A DNA stretch of 38,169 bases from Gemmatimonadota bacterium. Its GTDB lineage: Bacteria; Gemmatimonadota; Gemmatimonadetes; Palauibacterales; KS3-K002. The notes beneath the pieces were generated by a model. It was not told the DNA's origin and did no database searches. It was given only the letters and a program-made list of their open reading frames with translations. The position numbers were made by a program, and so were the translations under genes. This document shows positions 8,837-17,083 of this stretch, piece by piece; position 1 is the first letter of the stretch; each line of letters starts with the position of its first letter. Location of the stretch: positions 1 to 38,169 of the forward strand of contig JBDHJS010000036.1 of NCBI GenBank assembly GCA_039586795.1. The letters are read 5' to 3'.

Positions 8837-11073
8837 TCATCCCCCTCGGAGAGCCAGCGCCCGAGGAGCTGGTAGGCGGCAAAGCCACCAATCTCTCGCA
8901 GCTGATCAAGGCGGGGTTCCGGGTCCCGAAGGGATTCTCGATCACCGTGCACGCCTACGAGTCGTTCGTGCGCGATCACGGCCTGACCGATGCCATCCGA
9001 ATGGAATTGGGCCGGAAATCGCTGGACGATATGCGCTGGGAGGAGATATGGGACGCGGCGCTGCGCATCCGCTCGCTGTTTGTTTCCCTTCCACTGTCGG
9101 CAGAGCTCTGCCAATCCATCGATACAGCGCTGAACGACCTGGTTGAATCGCGGGCGTTGGCGGTCCGTTCTTCGGCTCCAGGCGAAGATGCAAAGGACCG
9201 CTCATTCGCCGGGCTGCACGAGTCAAAGACCGACGTGATCGGTAGCGAGGCAGTACAGGCAGCGATACGGCTCGTTTGGGCTTCGCTGTGGTCCGATGCC
9301 GCGCTGCTATATCGCCGCGAGCTGCAGCTCGATCCAGCTCGCAGTCGCATGGCGGTGATCGTTCAGGAGATGATTGAGGAGGACCGATCCGGTGTGGCGT
9401 TCGGTAACGACCCCAGAGAGCTCGGTGGGTCCCGAGCGATCGTGGAGGCCGTCCCGGGACCGTGCCAACTGCTGGTGGACGGGTCGCTCGATCCTGACCG
9501 GTGGGAAATCGATCGGCAAACCCGGCGGCCGACCCGCTGGCAGCAGGGGGAGCGGCCGGGGGAAGCGGGCGGACAGCCGCTGCTCGACGCAGAAGATCTG
9601 TCCGCCGTCGTTGACGCGCTCTTCGGCATCGAGCACGCGTTCGATTGGGCGCCGGACATGGAGTGGACGGGGCGTTCCTCCGCGCTCACGATTCTGCAGG
9701 CTCGCCCGATCACCGCGCCCCAGCACGACCCGGATGAGAAGCGCAGTTGGTATCTCACGCTGCGTCCCGGCGATGCCCGACTTCGAGCTCTACGCGAGCG
9801 GGTTGCCGATCAGCTCATCCCGCAATTGGAGGCGGAAGGTCACCGCCTGGCTCAAGAAGACATCGAGTCGCTGCGAGACGCGCAGCTCGCCGAGGTGATC
9901 GAGCAGCGACACGAGTCTCTAGAGCACTGGAAGAAGATCTACTGGGACGAGTTCATCCCTTTCGCGCACGGCGTCCGCCGCCTGGCGACTTACTACAACG
10001 ATGCCGTCGGGCCGGACGACCCATATGAGTTCGTCGGCCTGTTGCGCGACCAGGAGCTGCTCGCGACGCAGCGCAACCAGGCGATGGGGGCATTGGCGCA
10101 ACAGCTTGAGAGCCACGAGCAGCTCAATTCGGAAATCAGCCGCATGCTGCAGGCTACAGAGGGCCCGCTGACGCTCGAAGCAGTCCGCCAGAAGCTACCG
10201 GGCGCAGCGACAGAGGACTGGCTGGACAATCTCGGTGATGTTGCCGAGCGGTTTCTCGATATCGCCTTCGGAAGGAAACGCCTGTCTGTAGACCTCAGAT
10301 CCGTCCTGCACACCGTTCTGGAGTTGGTCAACCAGGGTGCCGATACGCGAGCCGTACCCGACTCGGGTAGCGTTGCGGAACTCGAGCAGCGCTTGCTCGA
10401 CGCGGTTGGCGCGGAACGCCGCCAGGAAGCTCTGGAGGTACTGGAGACCGGAAGGATCAGTTGGAAGCTGCGGGATGACGACAACTTGCTGGTCGGTCGC
10501 GTGGAGAGCCAGCTGCTGCGCGCTCTCGAGGTCGCCGCTCGGCGGCTAGGTGAGGCGGGGCGACTCGTGGGGGCCGGGAGTCCCGGCCCAGAGGACTTGG
10601 CAGGCATTCTGAACGCGCTGCGGAATCCATCGGCAGTCCTCACCCTGCGGTTGACCGAACAGCGTGAGCGTCATGAAGGGGACCCATCTGGCGTCGGCGG
10701 CGGGGAAACGCCGCGGCAGCTCATCGGCCAGCCGGCCTCTCCAGGGCTGGCGACGGGGTCAGTGCTCTGCATCCGAGACACCTCTGACCTGGCGAGATTC
10801 AAGCGAGGTGATGTGCTGGTGTGTGATGCTATCCAGCCGCACATCACTCACATCGTGCCACTTGCTAGCGCGATCGTTGAGCGCCGTGGCGGCATGCTCA
10901 TCCACGGTGCGATCATCGCCCGCGAGTTCGGCATCCCTTGCGTCAATGGAGTGCGTGCCGCCGCGGAACTGCTCAATGATGGCGACCTCGTGACCGTCGA
11001 CGGGTACCTGGGCATCGTTACCGTCGGGCCGCCAGACTTCTCATTGGAGTTGGCTGAACCGGCAGACTCTTAG
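8815..11073 (+). CDS. PEP-utilising phosphotransferase: ATP-grasp (PPDK_N), helical middle domain, C-terminal phospho-His swivel domain
   Basis: VGGKATNL, AVRSSAPGED..SFAG, MAVIVQEMI, ILQARPIT and GGMLIHGAIIAREFGIPCV. The GTG 8815 start is inferred. Confidence 0.85.
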   Translation: MAADRKLVIPLGEPAPEELVGGKATNLSQLIKAGFRVPKGFSITVHAYESFVRDHGLTDAIRMELGRKSLDDMRWEEIWDAALRIRSLFVSLPLSAELCQSIDTALNDLVESRALAVRSSAPGEDAKDRSFAGLHESKTDVIGSEAVQAAIRLVWASLWSDAALLYRRELQLDPARSRMAVIVQEMIEEDRSGVAFGNDPRELGGSRAIVEAVPGPCQLLVDGSLDPDRWEIDRQTRRPTRWQQGERPGEAGGQPLLDAEDLSAVVDALFGIEHAFDWAPDMEWTGRSSALTILQARPITAPQHDPDEKRSWYLTLRPGDARLRALRERVADQLIPQLEAEGHRLAQEDIESLRDAQLAEVIEQRHESLEHWKKIYWDEFIPFAHGVRRLATYYNDAVGPDDPYEFVGLLRDQELLATQRNQAMGALAQQLESHEQLNSEISRMLQATEGPLTLEAVRQKLPGAATEDWLDNLGDVAERFLDIAFGRKRLSVDLRSVLHTVLELVNQGADTRAVPDSGSVAELEQRLLDAVGAERRQEALEVLETGRISWKLRDDDNLLVGRVESQLLRALEVAARRLGEAGRLVGAGSPGPEDLAGILNALRNPSAVLTLRLTEQRERHEGDPSGVGGGETPRQLIGQPASPGLATGSVLCIRDTSDLARFKRGDVLVCDAIQPHITHIVPLASAIVERRGGMLIHGAIIAREFGIPCVNGVRAAAELLNDGDLVTVDGYLGIVTVGPPDFSLELAEPADS

Positions 11074-11185
11074 AGCGTCTGAGGCGGAAACCTGGTCCTC
11101 GAAGCTAGGAGCGGGCCGTAGTACAGGCGGCAGGTTCTTGATGTGGCTCGCGGGCGCGGGGCGTGAGGCGCGGACGACGACGGGG

Positions 11186-11211
11186 CGTTGACGTTGACGT
11201 TGACGTAGACG
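11186..11211. repeat. Hexamer tandem repeat (CGTWGA)4
   Basis: cgttga cgttga cgttga cgtaga cg, in the intergenic gap between convergent genes. Confidence 0.8.
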
Positions 11212-11317
11212 GGCCGGTTAGGGAGGTAGGACGCGGAAGTCTTGGTTCTTGAGATTTTGATCGGGGGCCAGGGCTTCTTCTCCGCTCTCCGACTCCATCA
11301 GCATGAAGCGGTTGTAA

Positions 11318-13036
11318 TCACGAGGAATCGCATTGGTCGCACTTTCCGCATTCGCGGCGCGGGGAATCCTCGCCGAAGTAGTTGAGGAGGTAGCGACGGC
11401 GACAGGTTCGATTGAACGCATACCCCTCCATCCGCTTCAGCTTTCGCAGCTCGAGCCCTCGTAGTCGGGCGACGCGGTCCCAGTTCACGGGCAGTTCCTC
11501 GCCGGAGCATCCCGGCTGGGTGGGTCGGTAGCCGCCCTGGTCACCTTCATCACGCCATCCCAGCAGACCGGCGTTCTGAAGCGTGGCGAGAGCCGTGCGC
11601 CCGTTGGCGAAGCTACCGCCGGCCCAGCGGGCGATCTCGCGGCGTGAGACTCTGAAGCGCCTTCGTTCTCCGAGGGCTGAGACCCGGGCAAGACCTTCCA
11701 GCACCGGCAGCGCCGACGCCAGATTTTCCCCACCGTTCAAACCGGAAAGCAATTCGAGTATCTGCTCGGTCCCGGCGATCCAGCGAACCGAGCAGTTTCG
11801 CTGGGCGGCGCTGTCCTCGATACAGCGGTCGTCCTTCAGGATGCGAAGCGCCGAGTACAGCTCGCCGTCGCTGTTCAGCCCTTTGACCTGGCGCGCGAAG
11901 CGCGCCGGCGTGACGGGACCGCCGTCCTCTGCGGAGGCATTCGATAGCGCCCGATAGGCCTCGAGAATGATGCTGCGGGGTGGATAGGACTGGTGGATGA
12001 AGAATTCGTGAATGAACCGATCGCCGTAGCTGTGGAGCAAGACGCATTCGGCTGGCTCGCCGTCGCGCCCGGCGCGGCCGGCTTCCTGGTAGTAGGCCTC
12101 CAGCGAACCCGGCATCTGGAAATGAATCACGCGTCGAACATTGTCCTTGTCGATGCCCATACCGAAGGCATTGGTGGCAACGACTATGGGCACGTCTCCC
12201 ACGGTCCACGCTTCCTGCACCCTGGCGCGCGCCCGTCGATCCATTCCACCGTGATAGGCGCCGGCGCCGATTCCGACGCCCCTCAGCAGTTCGCTTACCG
12301 CCTCGACCATCTTGCGGGTCGACGCATAGACGACGGCGACCTCGTCGCTGCCGTCGTCGAGTAGATCGATGAGAGATCTGCTCTTCTCGCCCAACTTGTC
12401 GTGTCGCTGGACCCGCCAACGCAGGTTCGGCCGGTCAAAACCGCGGACGATGACGCGCGGCTTCTCGAGCGCCAGCTCTTTCACGATGTCGCGACGCACC
12501 TCTGGCGTCGCCGTGGCGGTAAGGGCGAGGAGACGCGGGCGACCGATCTCCTGCCAGTGGTCTCTGAGTCGTGTGTAGCTCGGCCGGAAGTCGTGACCCC
12601 ACTCGCACACGCAGTGGGCTTCATCGATCGCCACCATGCTGACCTGCATATCGCCTAAGGCGCTCCTGAAGCGGGGGCTGGCGAACCGCTCGGGTGCAAC
12701 GTAGAGCAGCTTGAGCTCGCCGGAGGTGGCTCTGGCGAGTCGCTCCTGGATCTCATCGCTGGTGAGGGTGCTGTTGATGAGCGCCGCCGCTATGCCACGC
12801 CGTTCCAGCGCCTCGACCTGGTCCTTCATGAGGGCGATGAGCGGAGAGATGACGAGGGTCAATCCCGGAAGGACGAGGGCTGGGATCTGAAAGCAGACGG
12901 ACTTGCCGCCACCGGTCGGCATGACAACCAGCGCGTCGCGCTTTCCGAGCGCCGACTGGATGGCCGCCTTCTGGCCGGGGCGGAAGTCGCTGTATCCGAA
13001 GTAGCGCTCGAGAGCGGAGCGCGCCTGAGCCAACAC
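11318..13036 (-). CDS. recQ: RecQ family ATP-dependent DNA helicase
   Basis: MPTGGGKS, DEAHC..WGHDFRP, LTATAT, AFGMGIDK, YYQEAGRAGRDG and a C-terminal CRR..CGKCDQC zinc site. No HRDC domain. Confidence 0.95.
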   Translation of the reverse strand: MLAQARSALERYFGYSDFRPGQKAAIQSALGKRDALVVMPTGGGKSVCFQIPALVLPGLTLVISPLIALMKDQVEALERRGIAAALINSTLTSDEIQERLARATSGELKLLYVAPERFASPRFRSALGDMQVSMVAIDEAHCVCEWGHDFRPSYTRLRDHWQEIGRPRLLALTATATPEVRRDIVKELALEKPRVIVRGFDRPNLRWRVQRHDKLGEKSRSLIDLLDDGSDEVAVVYASTRKMVEAVSELLRGVGIGAGAYHGGMDRRARARVQEAWTVGDVPIVVATNAFGMGIDKDNVRRVIHFQMPGSLEAYYQEAGRAGRDGEPAECVLLHSYGDRFIHEFFIHQSYPPRSIILEAYRALSNASAEDGGPVTPARFARQVKGLNSDGELYSALRILKDDRCIEDSAAQRNCSVRWIAGTEQILELLSGLNGGENLASALPVLEGLARVSALGERRRFRVSRREIARWAGGSFANGRTALATLQNAGLLGWRDEGDQGGYRPTQPGCSGEELPVNWDRVARLRGLELRKLKRMEGYAFNRTCRRRYLLNYFGEDSPRRECGKCDQCDSS

Positions 13037-13290
13037 GCCGACACCTTAGCACCTCGATATCAAAGGAACCTCAACGGATCGACATACACAGACGACTCCC
13101 CGAACAAAGACTATTCGTCTTTGTTGCACGTAGAGACGAAGCACTCCATAATGCCGTCACCGGGAAGATGGGCTGGATAGGCTGCGAGCATCCCACCTGC
13201 TCATGGAGCCTGAAGCCGTGTGTTGGACTCATCATCGAATCGCTCCCTGGACCGAAAGATCGCCGACGATCCCCACGGCCGAGTGCGACT

Positions 13291-14205
13291 ATGGGTCTTG
13301 ATACAGGCAGCGATGCTCAGCGTGTAGAGCCGCGCTACGCGCCTATCGCCCCCAGCAAGTATATCCTGCTGCACTTTGCGACAGCCGGCCTGTACAGCGT
13401 CGTGTGGTTCTACCGTTGTTGGAGATATGTCAGGCGACGTGACAAGTCATCGGTATGGCCTTGGGCCAGAGCCCTATTCAATCCGATCACGGCCTTTCTG
13501 CTCATCGCCGACCTGAGGAAAAGCGAGGGGCGCGATTTGTTCGATGGTCTGGCGGTCGCGTACTTCTTCTTCAACCTCCTATGGAGGCTGCCCGATCCCT
13601 ACTGGCTGATTGCGTACTTCGGCTTCGTACCGCTATTGCCCGTGATTGGCACGATAAACGACGTCAACCGATCGAAGGGAGCCGAACTGCCACCGCAAGC
13701 CAGATGGCGGATCCGGAATATCCCGATACTCCTGGCAGGCAGCCTGGTCGTTGCCTTCGCTGTCGCTGCGACCGTAGGTCTAATCCCCAGTTCGAAGGTG
13801 CTCCAGGGCGATGAGATCAGCGATAGCTACGCGCTTACCCTTCAGGAACTAGGGGTAGTAGAGGAAGCGGATGAGCTGTTGTTCTTCTACACGGACGAGT
13901 TGTTCTCGATTCGGAGCCAGGGCGTGGTCCTGACGGATCGGGGGGTGCACATATACTGGACGGACACCTTCACCGATGAACTCGAAATCACAGAGGCGAC
14001 CTACGCAGCCATTCAGGAGATCGATACCGAGTGGTCAACGTACTGGCTGGACAACACGATCGTCCGGCTCTACATGCGAAGCGGCAACCGCCTTCTATTT
14101 GAGATATCCGCCGAGGCCGGGCGCGACAGCGCCTTCGTGGACGAGCTGCGCAGGCGACATGCTAAGGCGCGCTCTGTCATTCGCCTCCCGTTGGAAAAGT
14201 CTTGA
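13291..14205 (+). CDS. Membrane protein with DUF4234-like N-terminal helices and a soluble C-terminal domain; start uncertain (13168 or 13291)
   Basis: TAGLYSVVWFYRCW motif and about 4-5 transmembrane segments. Confidence 0.6.
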   Translation: MGLDTGSDAQRVEPRYAPIAPSKYILLHFATAGLYSVVWFYRCWRYVRRRDKSSVWPWARALFNPITAFLLIADLRKSEGRDLFDGLAVAYFFFNLLWRLPDPYWLIAYFGFVPLLPVIGTINDVNRSKGAELPPQARWRIRNIPILLAGSLVVAFAVAATVGLIPSSKVLQGDEISDSYALTLQELGVVEEADELLFFYTDELFSIRSQGVVLTDRGVHIYWTDTFTDELEITEATYAAIQEIDTEWSTYWLDNTIVRLYMRSGNRLLFEISAEAGRDSAFVDELRRRHAKARSVIRLPLEKS

Positions 14206-14740
14206 GGATTCTGCGCGCCGCATCGTTCATGTTCTCCTGCTTCCGCTCGAGGGAATCGTCCGGGTTGATGGAGCCGGTCCCCATACCGCGCCACACCAGC
14301 TGTTCTTCGCGGGCATCGACGATGTCGATCATCAGAGTGCCATCGCGCCAGTAGTTCATGTAGGTCTGAGAAGACACGTAGCCTGAACCCGGATGGAACC
14401 AGCCCCAGCCGTATTCGTAGACGCTGCTCACTGCGCTGAAATTCACCTGGCCTTCCAAGAAACCGTGCCAACCCACGAGGAAGTCGACATCGGAAGCTGT
14501 GGAGTCCTCTCGAAAGCCCTTCTCTTGTAGCGCCAGGTTCACGGCCTCTTTCACCCGGCCCTCGACCACATAGTTGTAGACGCGCCGGTCCTGCTTGCCC
14601 TCCTCCGTGCGCTCCGCCCAGCGGTAGGTCTGCCAGCCGTTGAAGCTGGCCTCGGGATCGGCGTTGGCCTGGACCTTCAATCCGCCGCCGCAGCCGGCGA
14701 GAAGGGCTGTTGCGGCAAGTAGGATAATAGAGCGCTGCAT
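14177..14740 (-). CDS. DUF4136 family lipoprotein
   Basis: Lipobox LAGC; GTLMIDIVDA..LVWRG; ILKTFP at the end. Confidence 0.85.
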   Translation of the reverse strand: MQRSIILLAATALLAGCGGGLKVQANADPEASFNGWQTYRWAERTEEGKQDRRVYNYVVEGRVKEAVNLALQEKGFREDSTASDVDFLVGWHGFLEGQVNFSAVSSVYEYGWGWFHPGSGYVSSQTYMNYWRDGTLMIDIVDAREEQLVWRGMGTGSINPDDSLERKQENMNDAARRILKTFPTGGE

Positions 14741-14976
14741 GATGGGGCTCCTGGTCTGTCTGAGTTAGTGGTTGCTTCAGGCGGGATACTATGGGAGAAA
14801 CGGCTTCTTAGCTAGGTATGGGTTGGGAATTGTCGAAGCCGATTCAACGATTCCCACATTCTGGATTGTGGAACCGGAACTCTGCTCTTGACAGAGGCGG
14901 CGAGCTTCGGCAGATGGAGTGCGCTGCGTGATACGCAATTCGTTACAGAGCCGGCTGTCCGGAAATCGATGTTGAA

Positions 14977-16125
14977 ATGATCTATCGCAATAGACATCTG
15001 CTTGGGTTGCTGGGATTCGTCTTGGCCTTCGGGGTTTGGTCTTCACCTGCTTCGGGGCAGGACCCGGTTCCCGACAGCGCGGCGGTCGAGGAGAGTGACA
15101 CGCTAAAGAACTCGTTCATCCCACTGCCGGTGGTCTTTTACCAGCCGGAAACGGGGCTGGGCTTCGGCGCTACGGCGGTGTACTCGTTCTACCTGGGCCA
15201 GGAGAAGGACGCCGAGGAAGGCGAGCCGATCCTCTCGTCGACCCTCGCGCCGGTGGCGCTATATACGACGAAGAGTCAGATCATCGTGGCGCTGCGGGCA
15301 GAGCTGTTACCTATCGGCTCGCCCTACCGGTTCTTCGGTGAGGCGGCGTTCTCGAAATTTCCGAACAAGTTTTGGGGGGTTGGGAACAACACGCCGGACG
15401 AGCTGGAAGAGGACTACACGCCGATAGCGTTCGGCTTTCGGGCCGAGGGGCTGATGGAGATGGTTCGCGATCTCTACTTCGGCCTATCGTTCCAATACGC
15501 CTATCGCAAGCTCTCCGAGGTCGAGCCGGGCGGCTTGCTGGATTCGGGTTTGGTGCCGGGTGCCGAAGATGGCGATGTGATCGGGTTGGGCCTGGTGTTC
15601 GCGTATGACACGAGAAAGAGCGTCTGGTACCCGCGCTCGGCAAGCTATCACCAGCTGCGGGCAACGCTGTCCGACGGCTTCTTCGGCAGCGACTACGACT
15701 ATCTGAGCCTGCTGATCGACCTGCGGCGATACTTCTGGATGTTCAACAAGCACGTGCTGGCATTAAGGGCGGTTGGCGCGGGGAATACCAGCTCGCCGCC
15801 GTTCGACCTGATGCCGCAGCTGGGCGGTGATATGATGCTGCGCGGGTACTTTCAGGGTCGGTATCGAGACCTGGATCTACTGGCTTTGCAGGCGGAGTAT
15901 CGGTTTCCGGTCTGGTGGAAGTTTGGTGCGGTGGTGTTTGGGGCGGCGGGCCAGGTGCAGCCGCGGCTGAGTGCGTTCTTGCTGAACGACTTCCATACTT
16001 CGGCGGGGCTTGGGATTCGGTTCTTGTTGTCGGAGGATCAGGGGGTGCATTTGCGGGCTGATTTTGCGTGGGGGATAGGTGAGGTGACGAGTGGGTTCTA
16101 TTTGAATATTGGGGAGGCGTTTTAA
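14977..16125 (+). CDS. Omp85/BamA-TamA family outer-membrane beta-barrel without POTRA domains
   Basis: Signal peptide, PVVFYQPETGLGFG, LGG..MLRGYFQGRYRD, and a C-terminal beta-signal YLNIGEAF. Confidence 0.9.
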   Translation: MIYRNRHLLGLLGFVLAFGVWSSPASGQDPVPDSAAVEESDTLKNSFIPLPVVFYQPETGLGFGATAVYSFYLGQEKDAEEGEPILSSTLAPVALYTTKSQIIVALRAELLPIGSPYRFFGEAAFSKFPNKFWGVGNNTPDELEEDYTPIAFGFRAEGLMEMVRDLYFGLSFQYAYRKLSEVEPGGLLDSGLVPGAEDGDVIGLGLVFAYDTRKSVWYPRSASYHQLRATLSDGFFGSDYDYLSLLIDLRRYFWMFNKHVLALRAVGAGNTSSPPFDLMPQLGGDMMLRGYFQGRYRDLDLLALQAEYRFPVWWKFGAVVFGAAGQVQPRLSAFLLNDFHTSAGLGIRFLLSEDQGVHLRADFAWGIGEVTSGFYLNIGEAF

Positions 16126-16326
16126 CGGTCAATTCTCGATATCAAATGCTCGAGGTCGGTGATTAGGCGTTATGCCTCAAGACGCTATATCAGCGGCACT
16201 TACGCATCAAACCGGTGTAAGATCCAGCGGTTGTGGCACGCGGCCAAGGGGCAGCGTGGTCTCCCCCACCGAAATTGCCCCGAAAGGGGCTCTCCCGAAC
16301 CGGCGCAGAACCGGCGCCGGACATAA

Positions 16327-16362
16327 TTGACACAATGCGGGAAGTGCCCGAAATTAGGGCAC
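16327..16362 (+). promoter_or_regulatory. Candidate sigma70 promoter with an overlapping palindrome
   Basis: TTGACA (16327-16332), 17 nt spacer, GAAATT. GTGCCC-N7-GGGCAC (16344-16362) straddles the -10. Confidence 0.45.
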
Positions 16363-16417
16363 GTACGGCGTTTTCTTGTACTTATCCCCCGCGTACCCCG
16401 CATAAGGAGTAGGGCTA

Positions 16418-17083
16418 CTGGGCGCACAGTCGAATGGCGCAGCGCTCATCGGGCAGTTCTACGCAGAGCGGAACCGGGAGTACCCGCTGCGGGTCCCCGT
16501 CATGTCGGTCGGTCGCGATAATGCGAATACCCTGCGCATCCGCGACGACCGGATTGCCGCCCATCATGTCCGAATCGAGCGCGAAGACTCCCGCTACGTC
16601 CTCGAGGCGTTGGCCGATGACGCACTGACGACCCTCAACGGTGCCGAGTTGAGCGTCGGCGAACGAAGGAGCCTCGCGCACGGCGATCTGATCGGGCTGG
16701 CCGAGCTGGAGTTCCGCTTCATCGACGATCACCGGGACGGCGTGCTGAGTCGCCTTTGGGTCGTCGCCGGCGTGCACCGGGGCAAGACTTTCCGGATCGA
16801 CAACAGCGAAGTGACGATCGGCCGCGCGATCGAGAACGATGTCCAGTTCCCCGACCGGTCGGTCTCCCGCCACCATTGCCGCATCGTGAGAAGAGAGCGC
16901 GGATGGTGGATCGAGGACATGGAGAGCACGAACGGCACGCTGATCGACGGCGAGCCGATCGGGACCCGCCAAGAACTACAGCATGGAAATACGATAGTGA
17001 CCGGCTTCTCGAAGTTCATCTTTCAGATGGAAGGCCGGCCGCTTGAAGATCTGAAACTGGAGCAACAGTCGCCGTGCAACTGA
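16418..17083 (+). CDS. Dual FHA domain protein (CTG start proposed; the first ATG is 16502)
   Basis: FHA1: SVGR..IAAHH. FHA2: TIGR..VSRHH..STNGT. AAGGAG at 16404-16409 lies 8 nt before the CTG. Confidence 0.85.
   Translation: MGAQSNGAALIGQFYAERNREYPLRVPVMSVGRDNANTLRIRDDRIAAHHVRIEREDSRYVLEALADDALTTLNGAELSVGERRSLAHGDLIGLAELEFRFIDDHRDGVLSRLWVVAGVHRGKTFRIDNSEVTIGRAIENDVQFPDRSVSRHHCRIVRRERGWWIEDMESTNGTLIDGEPIGTRQELQHGNTIVTGFSKFIFQMEGRPLEDLKLEQQSPCN

Noticed and set aside
11218..11304. 28-codon minus-strand ORF after recQ
   Set aside because: No Shine-Dalgarno and no recognisable motif.
13053..13064. CTCGATATCAAA repeated at 16135-16146
   Set aside because: A single 12-mer match is within chance expectation, and the flanks do not align.
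16119..16175. Possible attC site (TAAC...GTTATGC)
   Set aside because: The ends and internal boxes are not complementary, and there is no integrase.
16277..16290. GCCCC-GAAA-GGGGC hairpin as part of a c-di-GMP-I riboswitch ahead of the HD-GYP operon
   Set aside because: The downstream GCAAA junction, tetraloop receptor and P1 are not evident.
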